Below are positions 17,568 to 25,333 of a stretch of DNA of 54,764 nt, piece by piece. Both the position numbers and the translations under genes were made by a program. Origin of the DNA: a virus (lineage: Duplodnaviria; Caudoviricetes); IMG/VR virus record IMGVR_UViG_3300025769_012369, positions 1 to 54,764 of that record. One strand, written 5' to 3'. How positions within the stretch are numbered: position 1 is the stretch's first letter; each line of letters opens with the position of its first letter. A model generated the notes under the pieces. It made no database searches, had not been told where the DNA came from, and saw only the letters and a program-made list of their open reading frames with translations.

Positions 17568-18037
17568 CGTTTCCAGGGCCTCCAGGCTGTCGCGCTGTTC
17601 TTCTGGTCTTCGTAGAGCTTGATGCTTTGCACCCAGGCGCGGCCGTCAGTCTCCTGGGACACCAGGGCGGTGAAGTTGTCCAGGAACCACTCGGCCAGGC
17701 CTTCACAGGAACAGTCCGTAACAGTGGTCAGTTTCAGGAAGCTCAGCGGGGTGCCCTCGTTCCAGTTGCCCAGTGGACCGATCAGGGGATCGGTCTCGTT
17801 CAGAACCAAGGCGTGGTCAAAGTGCTTCTCGATGTATTGCTTCAGGTAGCCCAGCCCGCCGAAGTCGACGACGAAACCGCAGGCGTCCCGTTCCTTGGCG
17901 GCGAACGTCACTTCGATGCTCCAGTTGTGGCCGTGGATGAATCGGCAATGCCCGGCATGGTTCGGTTGCCGGTGTCCAAACGGTATGTCGGCGAACAGCT
18001 TCGTGCAGGTGATGATCGGCTTGTCATTGTCTTGCAT
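17564..18037 (-). CDS. queD: 6-carboxy-5,6,7,8-tetrahydropterin synthase
   Basis: GHR...HCRFIHGHNW, VVDFG, FDHALVLN, SCEGLA. Confidence 0.93.
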   Translation of the reverse strand: MQDNDKPIITCTKLFADIPFGHRQPNHAGHCRFIHGHNWSIEVTFAAKERDACGFVVDFGGLGYLKQYIEKHFDHALVLNETDPLIGPLGNWNEGTPLSFLKLTTVTDCSCEGLAEWFLDNFTALVSQETDGRAWVQSIKLYEDQKNSATAWRPWKR

Positions 18038-18070
18038 GGTTCGGTTGTATCAGGTCGCCGGGACCAGGGC

Positions 18071-18111
18071 AAAGAAAAACCCGCCTACCCTGGGGAATGG
18101 GTAGACGGGTT
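18071..18111 (-). terminator. Intrinsic terminator just upstream of queD
   Basis: Minus strand reads AACCCGTCTACCC-ATTCCCCA-GGGTAGGCGGGTT then TTTCTTT. Confidence 0.8.
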
Positions 18112-18141
18112 CGGGGCTGTGCCCTTTGCGCCTGGAAAGTG

Positions 18142-18405
18142 CTATCCTCCCAGGCTCCTCATTCTGGTCAACAGGCATCCGAAGGCCTGCTCGATAGGGA
18201 GGCCGACAGTCAGTTGGGTGTGGGCCTTGTAGAGTGCCCACAACTGGCCGTCGCAGGTGCCCAGATAAAACGCGGTGTGCACTGCGTAAAGGACACGGCC
18301 CGACTCGTCGAACTTGAGTTTGACGGTCGGGCCGGTCTGCTCGGAGTAGGCTTCGAACTCCGTGATCAGGTCAGCCTTCTCGCTTTTTGATAAGAACGGT
18401 GACAT
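18142..18405 (-). CDS. Hypothetical protein (87 aa)
   Basis: MSPFLSKSEKADLITEFEAYS...; ends just before the terminator. Confidence 0.55.
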   Translation of the reverse strand: MSPFLSKSEKADLITEFEAYSEQTGPTVKLKFDESGRVLYAVHTAFYLGTCDGQLWALYKAHTQLTVGLPIEQAFGCLLTRMRSLGG

Positions 18406-18601
18406 TCTGGCTTTGCTCGTAGAATCCCTCGCCGACCAGATAGCGCATCGCGTGGCCCGCCCAGCGGCGGCTGTGCCCCGGTGCTTCAACCAGGCAAACG
18501 TCCTCGTTCTTGACCTTGCCCAACCGGGCGACCATGTAGCCGCCCGGTCGTCCGGTTCCGATTTTGACGGTGTGATCAACTTTCATGTGTTGCATGTTCA
18601 T
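18371..18601 (-). CDS. Hypothetical protein
   Basis: MNMQHMKVDHTVKIG...; fills the gap after the basic-protein gene. Confidence 0.5.
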   Translation of the reverse strand: MNMQHMKVDHTVKIGTGRPGGYMVARLGKVKNEDVCLVEAPGHSRRWAGHAMRYLVGEGFYEQSQNVTVLIKKREG

Positions 18602-18630
18602 CGTGGTGTCGTGTTCTGAGTTGCGTTTGA

Positions 18631-19452
18631 TTACTTGGCGGCGGTCTTCTTCGTGACCTTCTTCGTGACCTTGGCCGGGGTGGCGTTGGCCTTGCGATAG
18701 GAACCCTTCAGGCCCTGTTTCTTCATGTGCCAGGGCATGGAGCGCACCACCACCTTGGTCTTGTTCACGTCGCCGCCGAACTGCTTGACGACTGCCTCCG
18801 CGATGGCCTGACAGGTGTGCTTGCCCTCGGCCAGCATGGACTTCATGAGGGCGACCTTGCCGGTGCCGCGCTCGGCGATCTTGGTCTTCGGGGTCAGGCC
18901 CTTCTGCTTCAGGTGCCACGGGCGGCTGCGGGCGATGGTCAGGTTCTGCTCCAACGTGCTGTCGGGGAAGTTGCCCAAGGCCTTCTCGGCGATCTGCCGG
19001 GCGGTCAGCCCTCCCTTCAGAATCAGGCTGTCAATGTAGGCGGTGCGGCTCGGTCCCTTGTCTTCAGACTTGGGCTGTGCGGGCTTGGACTTCTTCTCGG
19101 CTTTCGGCTTCGCGGCCTTGGCCTTGGACGCCTTGGCGGGTGCCTGGGGCTTCGTGGCGGGTGCCTTGAACATCTTGGGCTGCTCCTGGTATGCATACTC
19201 GCCCGACATCTTCATGGTTGCCTTGAAGGCTTTGCCGTTGGGTGCGCGGAAGATGCAACCGAACGGCTGCTTCAGCATCTTCTCGATGACAACCCCGGCC
19301 TTCTCCGCGATGGGGTTCAACGGCTTTTGGTAATCGTTGATGTCTTCGTACTGCTTCTCGTCGGACCAGCGTCCGGCCAGGTATGCCATTTTGTCTCCCG
19401 CGTTCTTGTAAAAGGTTGCGGCCTCTGTAGTGGTGTTCTTGTTTTTGCTCAT
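18631..19452 (-). CDS. Lys/Ala-rich basic DNA-binding protein with two tandem HTH-like repeats
   Basis: KASKAKAAKPKAEKK linker; repeats LTARQIAEKAL...RSRPWHLKQKG and HTCQAIAEAVV...RSMPWHMKKQG; tail KVTKKVTKKTAAK. Confidence 0.7.
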   Translation of the reverse strand: MSKNKNTTTEAATFYKNAGDKMAYLAGRWSDEKQYEDINDYQKPLNPIAEKAGVVIEKMLKQPFGCIFRAPNGKAFKATMKMSGEYAYQEQPKMFKAPATKPQAPAKASKAKAAKPKAEKKSKPAQPKSEDKGPSRTAYIDSLILKGGLTARQIAEKALGNFPDSTLEQNLTIARSRPWHLKQKGLTPKTKIAERGTGKVALMKSMLAEGKHTCQAIAEAVVKQFGGDVNKTKVVVRSMPWHMKKQGLKGSYRKANATPAKVTKKVTKKTAAK

Positions 19453-19481
19453 TGTCTTGTCTTGTCTTGTGGGGTTTTTGG

Positions 19482-19706
19482 TTAGTTGGTTGTCGTGAAT
19501 CCTCGCAGATAAAGCCACACGGCTTCCTCAAGGGTGAATCGCTTGATTGCAACGCATTGCTTCCCGCCAAGGAAAGCGCGCCAGGTCGTTTTCTCTCCGC
19601 TGCCGGTGCGCTCGAAATACACGTCGTTGGCCCGGTTGTACCAAGTGCCGTTTTCGTGTCTGGTGAGTTCAAGGTCTCCTTCGTCGGTGCGTATTGTCGT
19701 TGTCAT
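19482..19706 (-). CDS. Hypothetical protein (74 aa)
   Basis: ORF track; fits the gap between neighbours. Confidence 0.55.
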   Translation of the reverse strand: MTTTIRTDEGDLELTRHENGTWYNRANDVYFERTGSGEKTTWRAFLGGKQCVAIKRFTLEEAVWLYLRGFTTTN

Positions 19707-19746
19707 TGTGGAAGCACCTTCCCACTCCAGGCCCAGGCGTCAACAG

Positions 19747-21474
19747 CTACGCAAACAGTTTTTTCAGGACCATCTGGGCGGTGATGTTCCCGGCCTGCTT
19801 ACTGGTCATGTCCTCGGCCTCCCCGGCGATGACCTGACGGATCACCCCGCGTTTGGATTCCAGGAGGTCGTCGATGACCTTGTCGATGTCGAAGGCTTGA
19901 AGCCAGATCGCGGTCACGGGCCTGGTCTGCCCGATGCGGTTCAGCCGGTCCTCGGCCTGGTCCGCGTCTCCTGGGGTCAGTGGTCGGTCGTGCAGAATTG
20001 CGTAGCAGCCCGCGGTCAGGTTGATCCCGACTCCTCCCTTGTCGTGCGTGCAGACGAATGCGGGAAGCTGTTCGGCTTGGAAGTCATCGACCACCTTCAT
20101 GCCGCCCTTGTAGTCGCCGTCGAAGCAGGGCACGCCCAGGGCCTTCGCGATGGTCTTCGCGCTGTCCTTGTAACTGGTGAAGATCACCGGCCGGTGGTTC
20201 TGTTCCATGATCTCCCCGGCCAGCTCCAGGGTGGTGTCGATCTTGGCCTGGCTCGCGGCCTTGCGGATAAAGGTCATAAGGGCGAGTGCGCCCCCGGCTG
20301 AGTCGATAGTCCCGGCCGCAACGCGCTTCTGGTATTCGGTCTCGGCCTGGCGGTAGATGGTCTCAAACTCTTTGCGCATCTTGGGTGTCACTTCGACCTG
20401 GGCGATCTGCCGGGTCTTGGCCGGGAGGTCCAGCACGTCCTCCTTCATGCGCTGCAGCAGAACGGGCTTGATGCGTCGATGTAGCTCGGCCGTGTTGGAT
20501 GCGCCCCCGGTGTCCCAGACTGAACGCGGGTTCTTAGTTCGCTGTTTGCACTTGCCGCAAGTGATCTCTTTTGTCCTGAAATTGTATCGCTGCCGGTTGT
20601 GGTTTCCGCATGGCTTGCATGACCATGTTATCCAACCATCCTCGACCGTTGCCCGGCCGTAAGTCACCTGCTTGGCTCGACAATACTTCTTCTCAAACTC
20701 GCGCTTGTTGATGGAAAGGGGATGCCCTACCGCCCGCAGGAGTGGGAACAGGTTGACCGGCTTCCCGTTCTTCATGGGTGTGCCGGTCAGCAGAAAGGCG
20801 TATTTTGCAAGCCCAGCAAGGGCCAGGAATCGTTTTGTGCGCTGGCTGGCTATGTTCTGGGCGAAGTGGGCCTCGTCTGCGATCAGAACGAATTCTCGCT
20901 CCCTGGCGTTGCGCTGGGGTATCTTGGCCCAGGAGTGGACCGCGACGACCGGGTGCGCCACCTTCTCGACTTCCTTGCGCCAGTTGTCGATCAGGCGGGC
21001 CGGGCAGATCACGACGGTGTGCAGGCCATCGCGTTTGTAAAGGATGCGGGCAGCGACCAAAGCTTGCCTTGTCTTGCCCAGGCCCATGTCGTCGCCCAGG
21101 ATTCCCTTGCGGACTCCAAGCAACCAGGGGATTCCAAACCGCTGGTGCTCGTAGAACCCATTCCCGTCTGCCTGGGTCTCGTTTAGCGTGGCCAGCACAT
21201 CCGGCGATTCGTCGAGCTTTGCCGCCTGAAGGACTTCGTTCAAGTCGTCGGTTTGCTTCTGCACCGCGTCGTTGAAGTCGACCGCCCAGGATGCATCCCC
21301 AAACTCCGTGGCGACATCCAGGACGGCGTCCATTGGATACTCCCACACGTTGCCGTTGAAGTTCCGATACTGCCGGAACCGCCCAGCGAGTCGTCGCGCC
21401 CTGGCGACCAGGTCGGGAGTCGGGTCAAAGGCGACGGCCACCTTGCCATCCTTGAGGCAAACTACCGCCGCCAT
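19747..21474 (-). CDS. SNF2-family ATPase (SMARCAL1/HARP-like) with Zn-ribbon insertion
   Basis: LGDDMGLGKT, LIADEAH, LLTGTP, GGVGINLT, QAEDRLNRIGQ; CKPC...CGKC insertion; HARP-like N-terminus. Confidence 0.9.
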   Translation of the reverse strand: MAAVVCLKDGKVAVAFDPTPDLVARARRLAGRFRQYRNFNGNVWEYPMDAVLDVATEFGDASWAVDFNDAVQKQTDDLNEVLQAAKLDESPDVLATLNETQADGNGFYEHQRFGIPWLLGVRKGILGDDMGLGKTRQALVAARILYKRDGLHTVVICPARLIDNWRKEVEKVAHPVVAVHSWAKIPQRNAREREFVLIADEAHFAQNIASQRTKRFLALAGLAKYAFLLTGTPMKNGKPVNLFPLLRAVGHPLSINKREFEKKYCRAKQVTYGRATVEDGWITWSCKPCGNHNRQRYNFRTKEITCGKCKQRTKNPRSVWDTGGASNTAELHRRIKPVLLQRMKEDVLDLPAKTRQIAQVEVTPKMRKEFETIYRQAETEYQKRVAAGTIDSAGGALALMTFIRKAASQAKIDTTLELAGEIMEQNHRPVIFTSYKDSAKTIAKALGVPCFDGDYKGGMKVVDDFQAEQLPAFVCTHDKGGVGINLTAGCYAILHDRPLTPGDADQAEDRLNRIGQTRPVTAIWLQAFDIDKVIDDLLESKRGVIRQVIAGEAEDMTSKQAGNITAQMVLKKLFA

Positions 21475-21638
21475 GTCAGGCGCAGGAGTTTGCCGCACCA
21501 GTCAAACGGCGCGGCGATGGCGATCATCATCCACATGATCAAATAGAACAGGAACCAGTCGAAGCGGCTCCAGTGCGCCCCATAGTTCTCAATCGCAATG
21601 CGGTCCTCTGAATCGTTGGGGTCGTAGCGGTGCTTCAT
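21462..21638 (-). CDS. Small membrane protein
   Basis: MKHRYDPND...WFLFYLIMWMMIAIAAPF hydrophobic segment; ATGA-coupled start. Confidence 0.5.
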   Translation of the reverse strand: MKHRYDPNDSEDRIAIENYGAHWSRFDWFLFYLIMWMMIAIAAPFDWCGKLLRLTWRR

Positions 21639-21778
21639 CGTTGCCTCCGTGGGCAGGTTGTTTTCATCATAGTGTTCCTTTCTCGTTGTCTTTGTCTTGT
21701 AACAAGGGTCTTGCATGAATCTGCCACGCGCTCGGACTCACTACAAGTCCCGCATGTGATGCACTTCTCGGCGTTCAT
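21635..21778 (-). CDS. Small Cys-rich protein (47 aa, CxxCxxC); not in the ORF track
   Basis: MNAEKCITCGTCSESERVADSCKTLV...; ATGA overlaps with both flanking genes. Confidence 0.45.
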   Translation of the reverse strand: MNAEKCITCGTCSESERVADSCKTLVTRQRQRERNTMMKTTCPRRQR

Positions 21779-22122
21779 TGCACGGCCTCCTTGAACTCGT
21801 CGGTGAATTCCCCGGCGTCGGTGAACACCGGACCGTCCTCGTCGCCCAGGCTGAACCAGAGCGGATACGGGTCGCGGCTGTTGTAGTGGGTGAACACTTC
21901 GACGGTGTAGCCTTCCCGGTTGTAGATCCGCAGATTTTCGACGGACAGGTATCCGGTCGCCGGGTCTTGCATGATGTGGAACCCGGTCCCTGGGGCGTCG
22001 TGATCGAAGCCCAGGCCCTCGGGTGCCATCTGGTCATGGATCTTCAGGCAGAGCTGGCCCAGGCATTTCAACAGCTTGGCCTCGTTGAATAGGTCGCGAG
22101 GCAAAACGCGGTGGTAGTTCAT
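21775..22122 (-). CDS. Hypothetical phage protein
   Basis: MNYHRVLPRDLFNEAKLLKCLGQL...YNSRDPYPL; ATGA-coupled. Confidence 0.7.
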   Translation of the reverse strand: MNYHRVLPRDLFNEAKLLKCLGQLCLKIHDQMAPEGLGFDHDAPGTGFHIMQDPATGYLSVENLRIYNREGYTVEVFTHYNSRDPYPLWFSLGDEDGPVFTDAGEFTDEFKEAVQ

Positions 22123-22343
22123 ACGGGTTGATCCTTTCTCCATTCGGCATGTTCCAGGGCAAGGCGCACGTCGGTGCCCTGGGCGATGTCCTCGGCCGCG
22201 ATGCGTCGGGCGTGCGCGGTCTCGCGGGATGCACGGGCAAGGTCCGGCCGTCCGGCTTCCTCCTGCCGAGCCGCCATTCGTTCGTGCAGAGCGGCGGCGG
22301 CTCGGCAGTGGGATTCGTAGAAGTGGGTTCGCTGTGTTTTCAT
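22119..22343 (-). CDS. Hypothetical helical protein
   Basis: MKTQRTHFYESHCR...; ATGA overlaps at both ends. Confidence 0.6.
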   Translation of the reverse strand: MKTQRTHFYESHCRAAAALHERMAARQEEAGRPDLARASRETAHARRIAAEDIAQGTDVRLALEHAEWRKDQPV

Positions 22344-22831
22344 TGGTCGCATTCACAAAGGCCCTGGTTCGGTGGGCAGTCGCATTCGTTGGGGCACCCG
22401 CACCTGTAGCGGGCGAAGAACTCCGTGCAGGCTTTGCACTTTGCCGGTGCTTCGTCCTCGGCATAGGCCGAAGGGATGCGCTCGCCGGTGTGGGCGCAGT
22501 ACAGTTCGGCGTCCTCCCAGTTTATTGCGCACGCGACTACGCGCCAGCCGTCCCGGTGCTTGTTTTTGATCGAGTCGATGATCAGGCGCAGCTCCTCGCG
22601 AACGGTCTTGAAGGATAGGGCCGCTCCGTCATCGGTTAGGAAGTAGAGCGGGTAGCCGCCCGGCCAGGCGAATTTCTCGGCTCGCAGGGTCGCCTTGAGG
22701 TCGGCCACGGTTTCAATGTGCGTGTGGGTCATTTTGTAGTTCGGCCGGACTGCCTTCGACAGTCGTGGCCCCCGCGTGTCGTACAGACCGCCGTCCGCTT
22801 CGCTGGTGATCAGGTGCCTTGGTAGACTCAC
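22340..22831 (-). CDS. Hypothetical protein with Cys-rich C-terminus
   Basis: FAWPGGYPLYFLTDDG...INWEDAELYCAHTGERIPSAY, then CKAC...CGCPNECDC...CEC. Confidence 0.75.
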   Translation of the reverse strand: MSLPRHLITSEADGGLYDTRGPRLSKAVRPNYKMTHTHIETVADLKATLRAEKFAWPGGYPLYFLTDDGAALSFKTVREELRLIIDSIKNKHRDGWRVVACAINWEDAELYCAHTGERIPSAYAEDEAPAKCKACTEFFARYRCGCPNECDCPPNQGLCECDQ

Positions 22832-23232
22832 CGCCCACCTCCCGCCGCCTGGAACCGTCGTAGGTAACGCAACGTCGCCGCCTTTCGGTGGCCGCTCGGA
22901 CCACCGTTGTGTATTCTTGCCATCGTCGCTGAGTCCCCGGCCGCGTAGGCCTTGCGAGCGTATCGCCTCATGTAGGCGTCGACGACGCGGCTCGCGTAAG
23001 CGAGGTCGGCGACGTCCTCATAGCGGCCTTTGATCGTCCGGTCGAAGGCGACGGCGTCTTGCCAGTAGGCGCGATGTATTTGCAGCGGACCTCGTGCCGC
23101 GCCGCCGTCCCCGATGACCGCGCCCAAGCGACCGCCTGTTTCGACTTTGTGGATCGCGTCGATGAATCCTGTGGGAAGGTCTGCCGTGGCAGCCGCCGTT
23201 GTGATAAATAAAATGGTGAGTGTCGTTTTCAT
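22828..23232 (-). CDS. Lysozyme-like muramidase (i-type/destabilase-like) with signal peptide
   Basis: MKTTLTILFITTAAATA signal-like N-terminus; AIHKVETGG, GPLQIHRAYWQDA and ARIHNGGPSG. Confidence 0.8.
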   Translation of the reverse strand: MKTTLTILFITTAAATADLPTGFIDAIHKVETGGRLGAVIGDGGAARGPLQIHRAYWQDAVAFDRTIKGRYEDVADLAYASRVVDAYMRRYARKAYAAGDSATMARIHNGGPSGHRKAATLRYLRRFQAAGGGR

Positions 23233-23270
23233 GTTCTCGTTTTTGTTGGTGATCAGGTGCTTGGGCAGAC

Positions 23271-23462
23271 TCACGGTGCAACCTCCCCGGCCAGGATACG
23301 GAGCGGGTCGCAGTCCCGGTCGCGGATTGCTGACAGGACGGCCTCCAGGGCTTCGACCCTGGCCTCGGCCTCCAGCTTGTAGTCCCCCGCCGTTGCCGCT
23401 GCCAACTCAGATTGCGCGGCGGCGGCGGCGGCGATCAGTGTGATGGGATCGGGGCAGCTCAT
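23271..23462 (-). CDS. Small Ala-rich hypothetical protein
   Basis: MSCPDPITLIAAAAAAQSE...; ATGA-coupled to the upstream gene. Confidence 0.55.
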   Translation of the reverse strand: MSCPDPITLIAAAAAAQSELAAATAGDYKLEAEARVEALEAVLSAIRDRDCDPLRILAGEVAP

Positions 23463-24073
23463 GCGTCCTTCCACTTGACTACCTCGACCAGGTCGGTGGG
23501 GTTCATGTCGACGGTGTCTTCGCCCGGCTCCAGGACAAACTCTAGGTGCGTGCCGACCTCGGTGATGAGCAACACCTCGCAGTGCTGACTGCCGTGCTTG
23601 ATGGTGTCGCCTTCCAGGATGTGCTGCGCCTCGACGCGGCCCGGGTTGTGGAAGTCGGGGAAGGATTCCTCAACGTCCCGTGCCACCGGGTCCGTGATGT
23701 CGAGCTGTTGCTGCCGCTTGTCGTAAGTCTTCCAGTAGTGCTTGTGCGACCTCTGATCCAGCTCGCGCATGACACCCCAGATTCGGGAATACTTGGAGTT
23801 CTTCCGGTCCTGATCTTTGCGGGTGTGAATCATCGATTTGAAGTTGTTGTAATCGACCAGCTCGGTCAGGTAGGCCATTACCCGGTGGTAGGTGGCTTCG
23901 TTGACAATGATTCGGAACTGATAGTCGCTCGTGGGCCAGTCGTTCAACTTGGCCTTGATCTTCAGAGCGTCCTTCAGATTCTGGATGTCCTGCTTTTCAC
24001 GTGCGCGGATGTGATACTCGTTTTTTGCTTTGCGGGTGATCGAGTAGAACCCGGCTTTTGTCATCAACCACAT
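23459..24073 (-). CDS. Hypothetical phage protein
   Basis: MWLMTKAGFYSITRK...IRAR...DYQFR...VDYNNFK; first gene after the repeat-containing intergenic region. Confidence 0.75.
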   Translation of the reverse strand: MWLMTKAGFYSITRKAKNEYHIRAREKQDIQNLKDALKIKAKLNDWPTSDYQFRIIVNEATYHRVMAYLTELVDYNNFKSMIHTRKDQDRKNSKYSRIWGVMRELDQRSHKHYWKTYDKRQQQLDITDPVARDVEESFPDFHNPGRVEAQHILEGDTIKHGSQHCEVLLITEVGTHLEFVLEPGEDTVDMNPTDLVEVVKWKDA

Positions 24074-24107
24074 GGTCGGTGTTGCCTTTCTTTGTTGTTG
24101 TCTTGTG

Positions 24108-24127
24108 CGGTTGAACTGTTTCAACCG
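24108..24127. promoter_or_regulatory. Inverted repeat, operator-like
   Basis: CGGTTGAA-CTGT-TTCAACCG (perfect 8-bp arms) about 35 nt upstream of the 24073 start. Confidence 0.4.
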
Positions 24128-24186
24128 TGCGCTGAGTGTCTCAGGACTGTGGCCAGGCGTCAACAGGCGCGAATTGACTGATCCAC

Positions 24187-24280
24187 CCAGCGAATGGAGC
24201 GTTTCTGCCAGCGAATGGACGTGTCGGGCCAGCGAATGGACGTGTCGGGCCAGCGAATGGACGTGTCGGGCCAGCGAACG
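24187..24280. repeat. 21-bp tandem repeat array (iteron-like)
   Basis: CCAGCGAATGGACGTGTCGGG x3 exact (24208-24270), a degenerate copy at 24187-24207 and a partial copy at 24271-24280. Confidence 0.95.
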
Positions 24281-24312
24281 AAAAAGCCCGACCAGGTTTC
24301 CCCGGCCGGGCT
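24281..24312 (-). terminator. Intrinsic terminator after the DUF932-like gene
   Basis: Minus strand reads AGCCCGGCCGGGGAAACCTGGTCGGGCT followed by TTTT. Confidence 0.75.
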
Positions 24313-24331
24313 GCTTGGTTGGTGGTGGTGC

Positions 24332-25333
24332 CTAATTGGTGTAATTCAGTGCCGCCATGTCCTCCAGCTTGAGGTCGCCGGTCAGGATGGCCTGGGCGGT
24401 GCCGAAAGCCCGGCCCTTCACCCTGGCTCCGTCCGTCATCCAGGACCGTTTGAAACGGCAGGTGTCTTCGCGCAGGGCCTTGACGTGGTCCTCGTATTCG
24501 GTGACGGCGTTGTACGCGGCCCAGAGCGTGCCCCTGACGCCCTGCAGGTCCATCCCGGTTCCGGTCTCCCAGAGCCTCATCAGCTTGGGCTGTGCCTGCC
24601 ATACCGGACCGGCGCACGCGGGGCGGTCGTAGACTGAGCGGATAAAGGCCTCGGCCTTGGCGTCGTTCATCTTGACCCTGGTCATGGCCTGAAACACCTC
24701 CGTTGTGGCCTTGAAGTATTCCCGCGCCTCCTTGAGCATTTCCCCGGCCCGCTCGACGGCGATGCCGACGTTCTTGCGGTGCGGGATCTTGACCCAGTTT
24801 GAATGCTCCTGCAGTGCGGCCGTCAGCGTGTTCCAGCACACGACTCGGCCCGAGCAGAACCCGGTCAGGACTGAGTTCACCCCGTCGTGCCCGTTGGCAA
24901 TCAGCATGTATTGACGAACGATGTCGTCGGCGATAATGGCGACCTCCTCCTTGAAGCGGGCAAGAATCCAAACCTGTCGCCCTTCGTCCAGAACCCCGGC
25001 CGTCTCAAAGGTGATCTCCCCAGACTCCTTGAACGGGTTGAAGGCGCGGAAGGCGTCCACGTTCTGCAGCACCTCGTAATCCTTCTTCACGATGCCCAGG
25101 ACAGACTGCCCAGCGGGCTTGTCGTCTCGGTGCGTGGCCCAGTGCGTCGGCACGCTGACCACTTCTCCGTCATCCGCGCCGTCCACGTAAAGGGTGCGCT
25201 TGCTGACGGTAAAGCCCAGGCCCGCCTTTTCCATGCAGTCCTCGACCGTGTTGCATTCCTCGACCACTTCGCCCTTGCCGTGCCAGGGCACGATGTTGGA
25301 AGCGGACATCATTGTTTCTACTTTGTCACTCAT
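24332..25333 (-). CDS. DUF932/DUF945-like phage/plasmid protein (TIGR03299-like)
   Basis: VPWHGKG, YEVLQNVDAF, ETAGVLDEGRQVW, NGHDG, RVVCWNTL, GTLWAAYNAVTEYEDH. Confidence 0.85.
   Translation of the reverse strand: MSDKVETMMSASNIVPWHGKGEVVEECNTVEDCMEKAGLGFTVSKRTLYVDGADDGEVVSVPTHWATHRDDKPAGQSVLGIVKKDYEVLQNVDAFRAFNPFKESGEITFETAGVLDEGRQVWILARFKEEVAIIADDIVRQYMLIANGHDGVNSVLTGFCSGRVVCWNTLTAALQEHSNWVKIPHRKNVGIAVERAGEMLKEAREYFKATTEVFQAMTRVKMNDAKAEAFIRSVYDRPACAGPVWQAQPKLMRLWETGTGMDLQGVRGTLWAAYNAVTEYEDHVKALREDTCRFKRSWMTDGARVKGRAFGTAQAILTGDLKLEDMAALNYTN

Noticed and set aside
18038-18141. preQ1 riboswitch upstream of queD
   Set aside because: No preQ1-I-type stem with an A-rich 3' tail is visible; only an intrinsic terminator. 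A covariance-model search would be needed to exclude other classes.
24187-24280. Possible CRISPR mini-array
   Set aside because: The units are head-to-tail with no unique spacers, and no cas genes are present.
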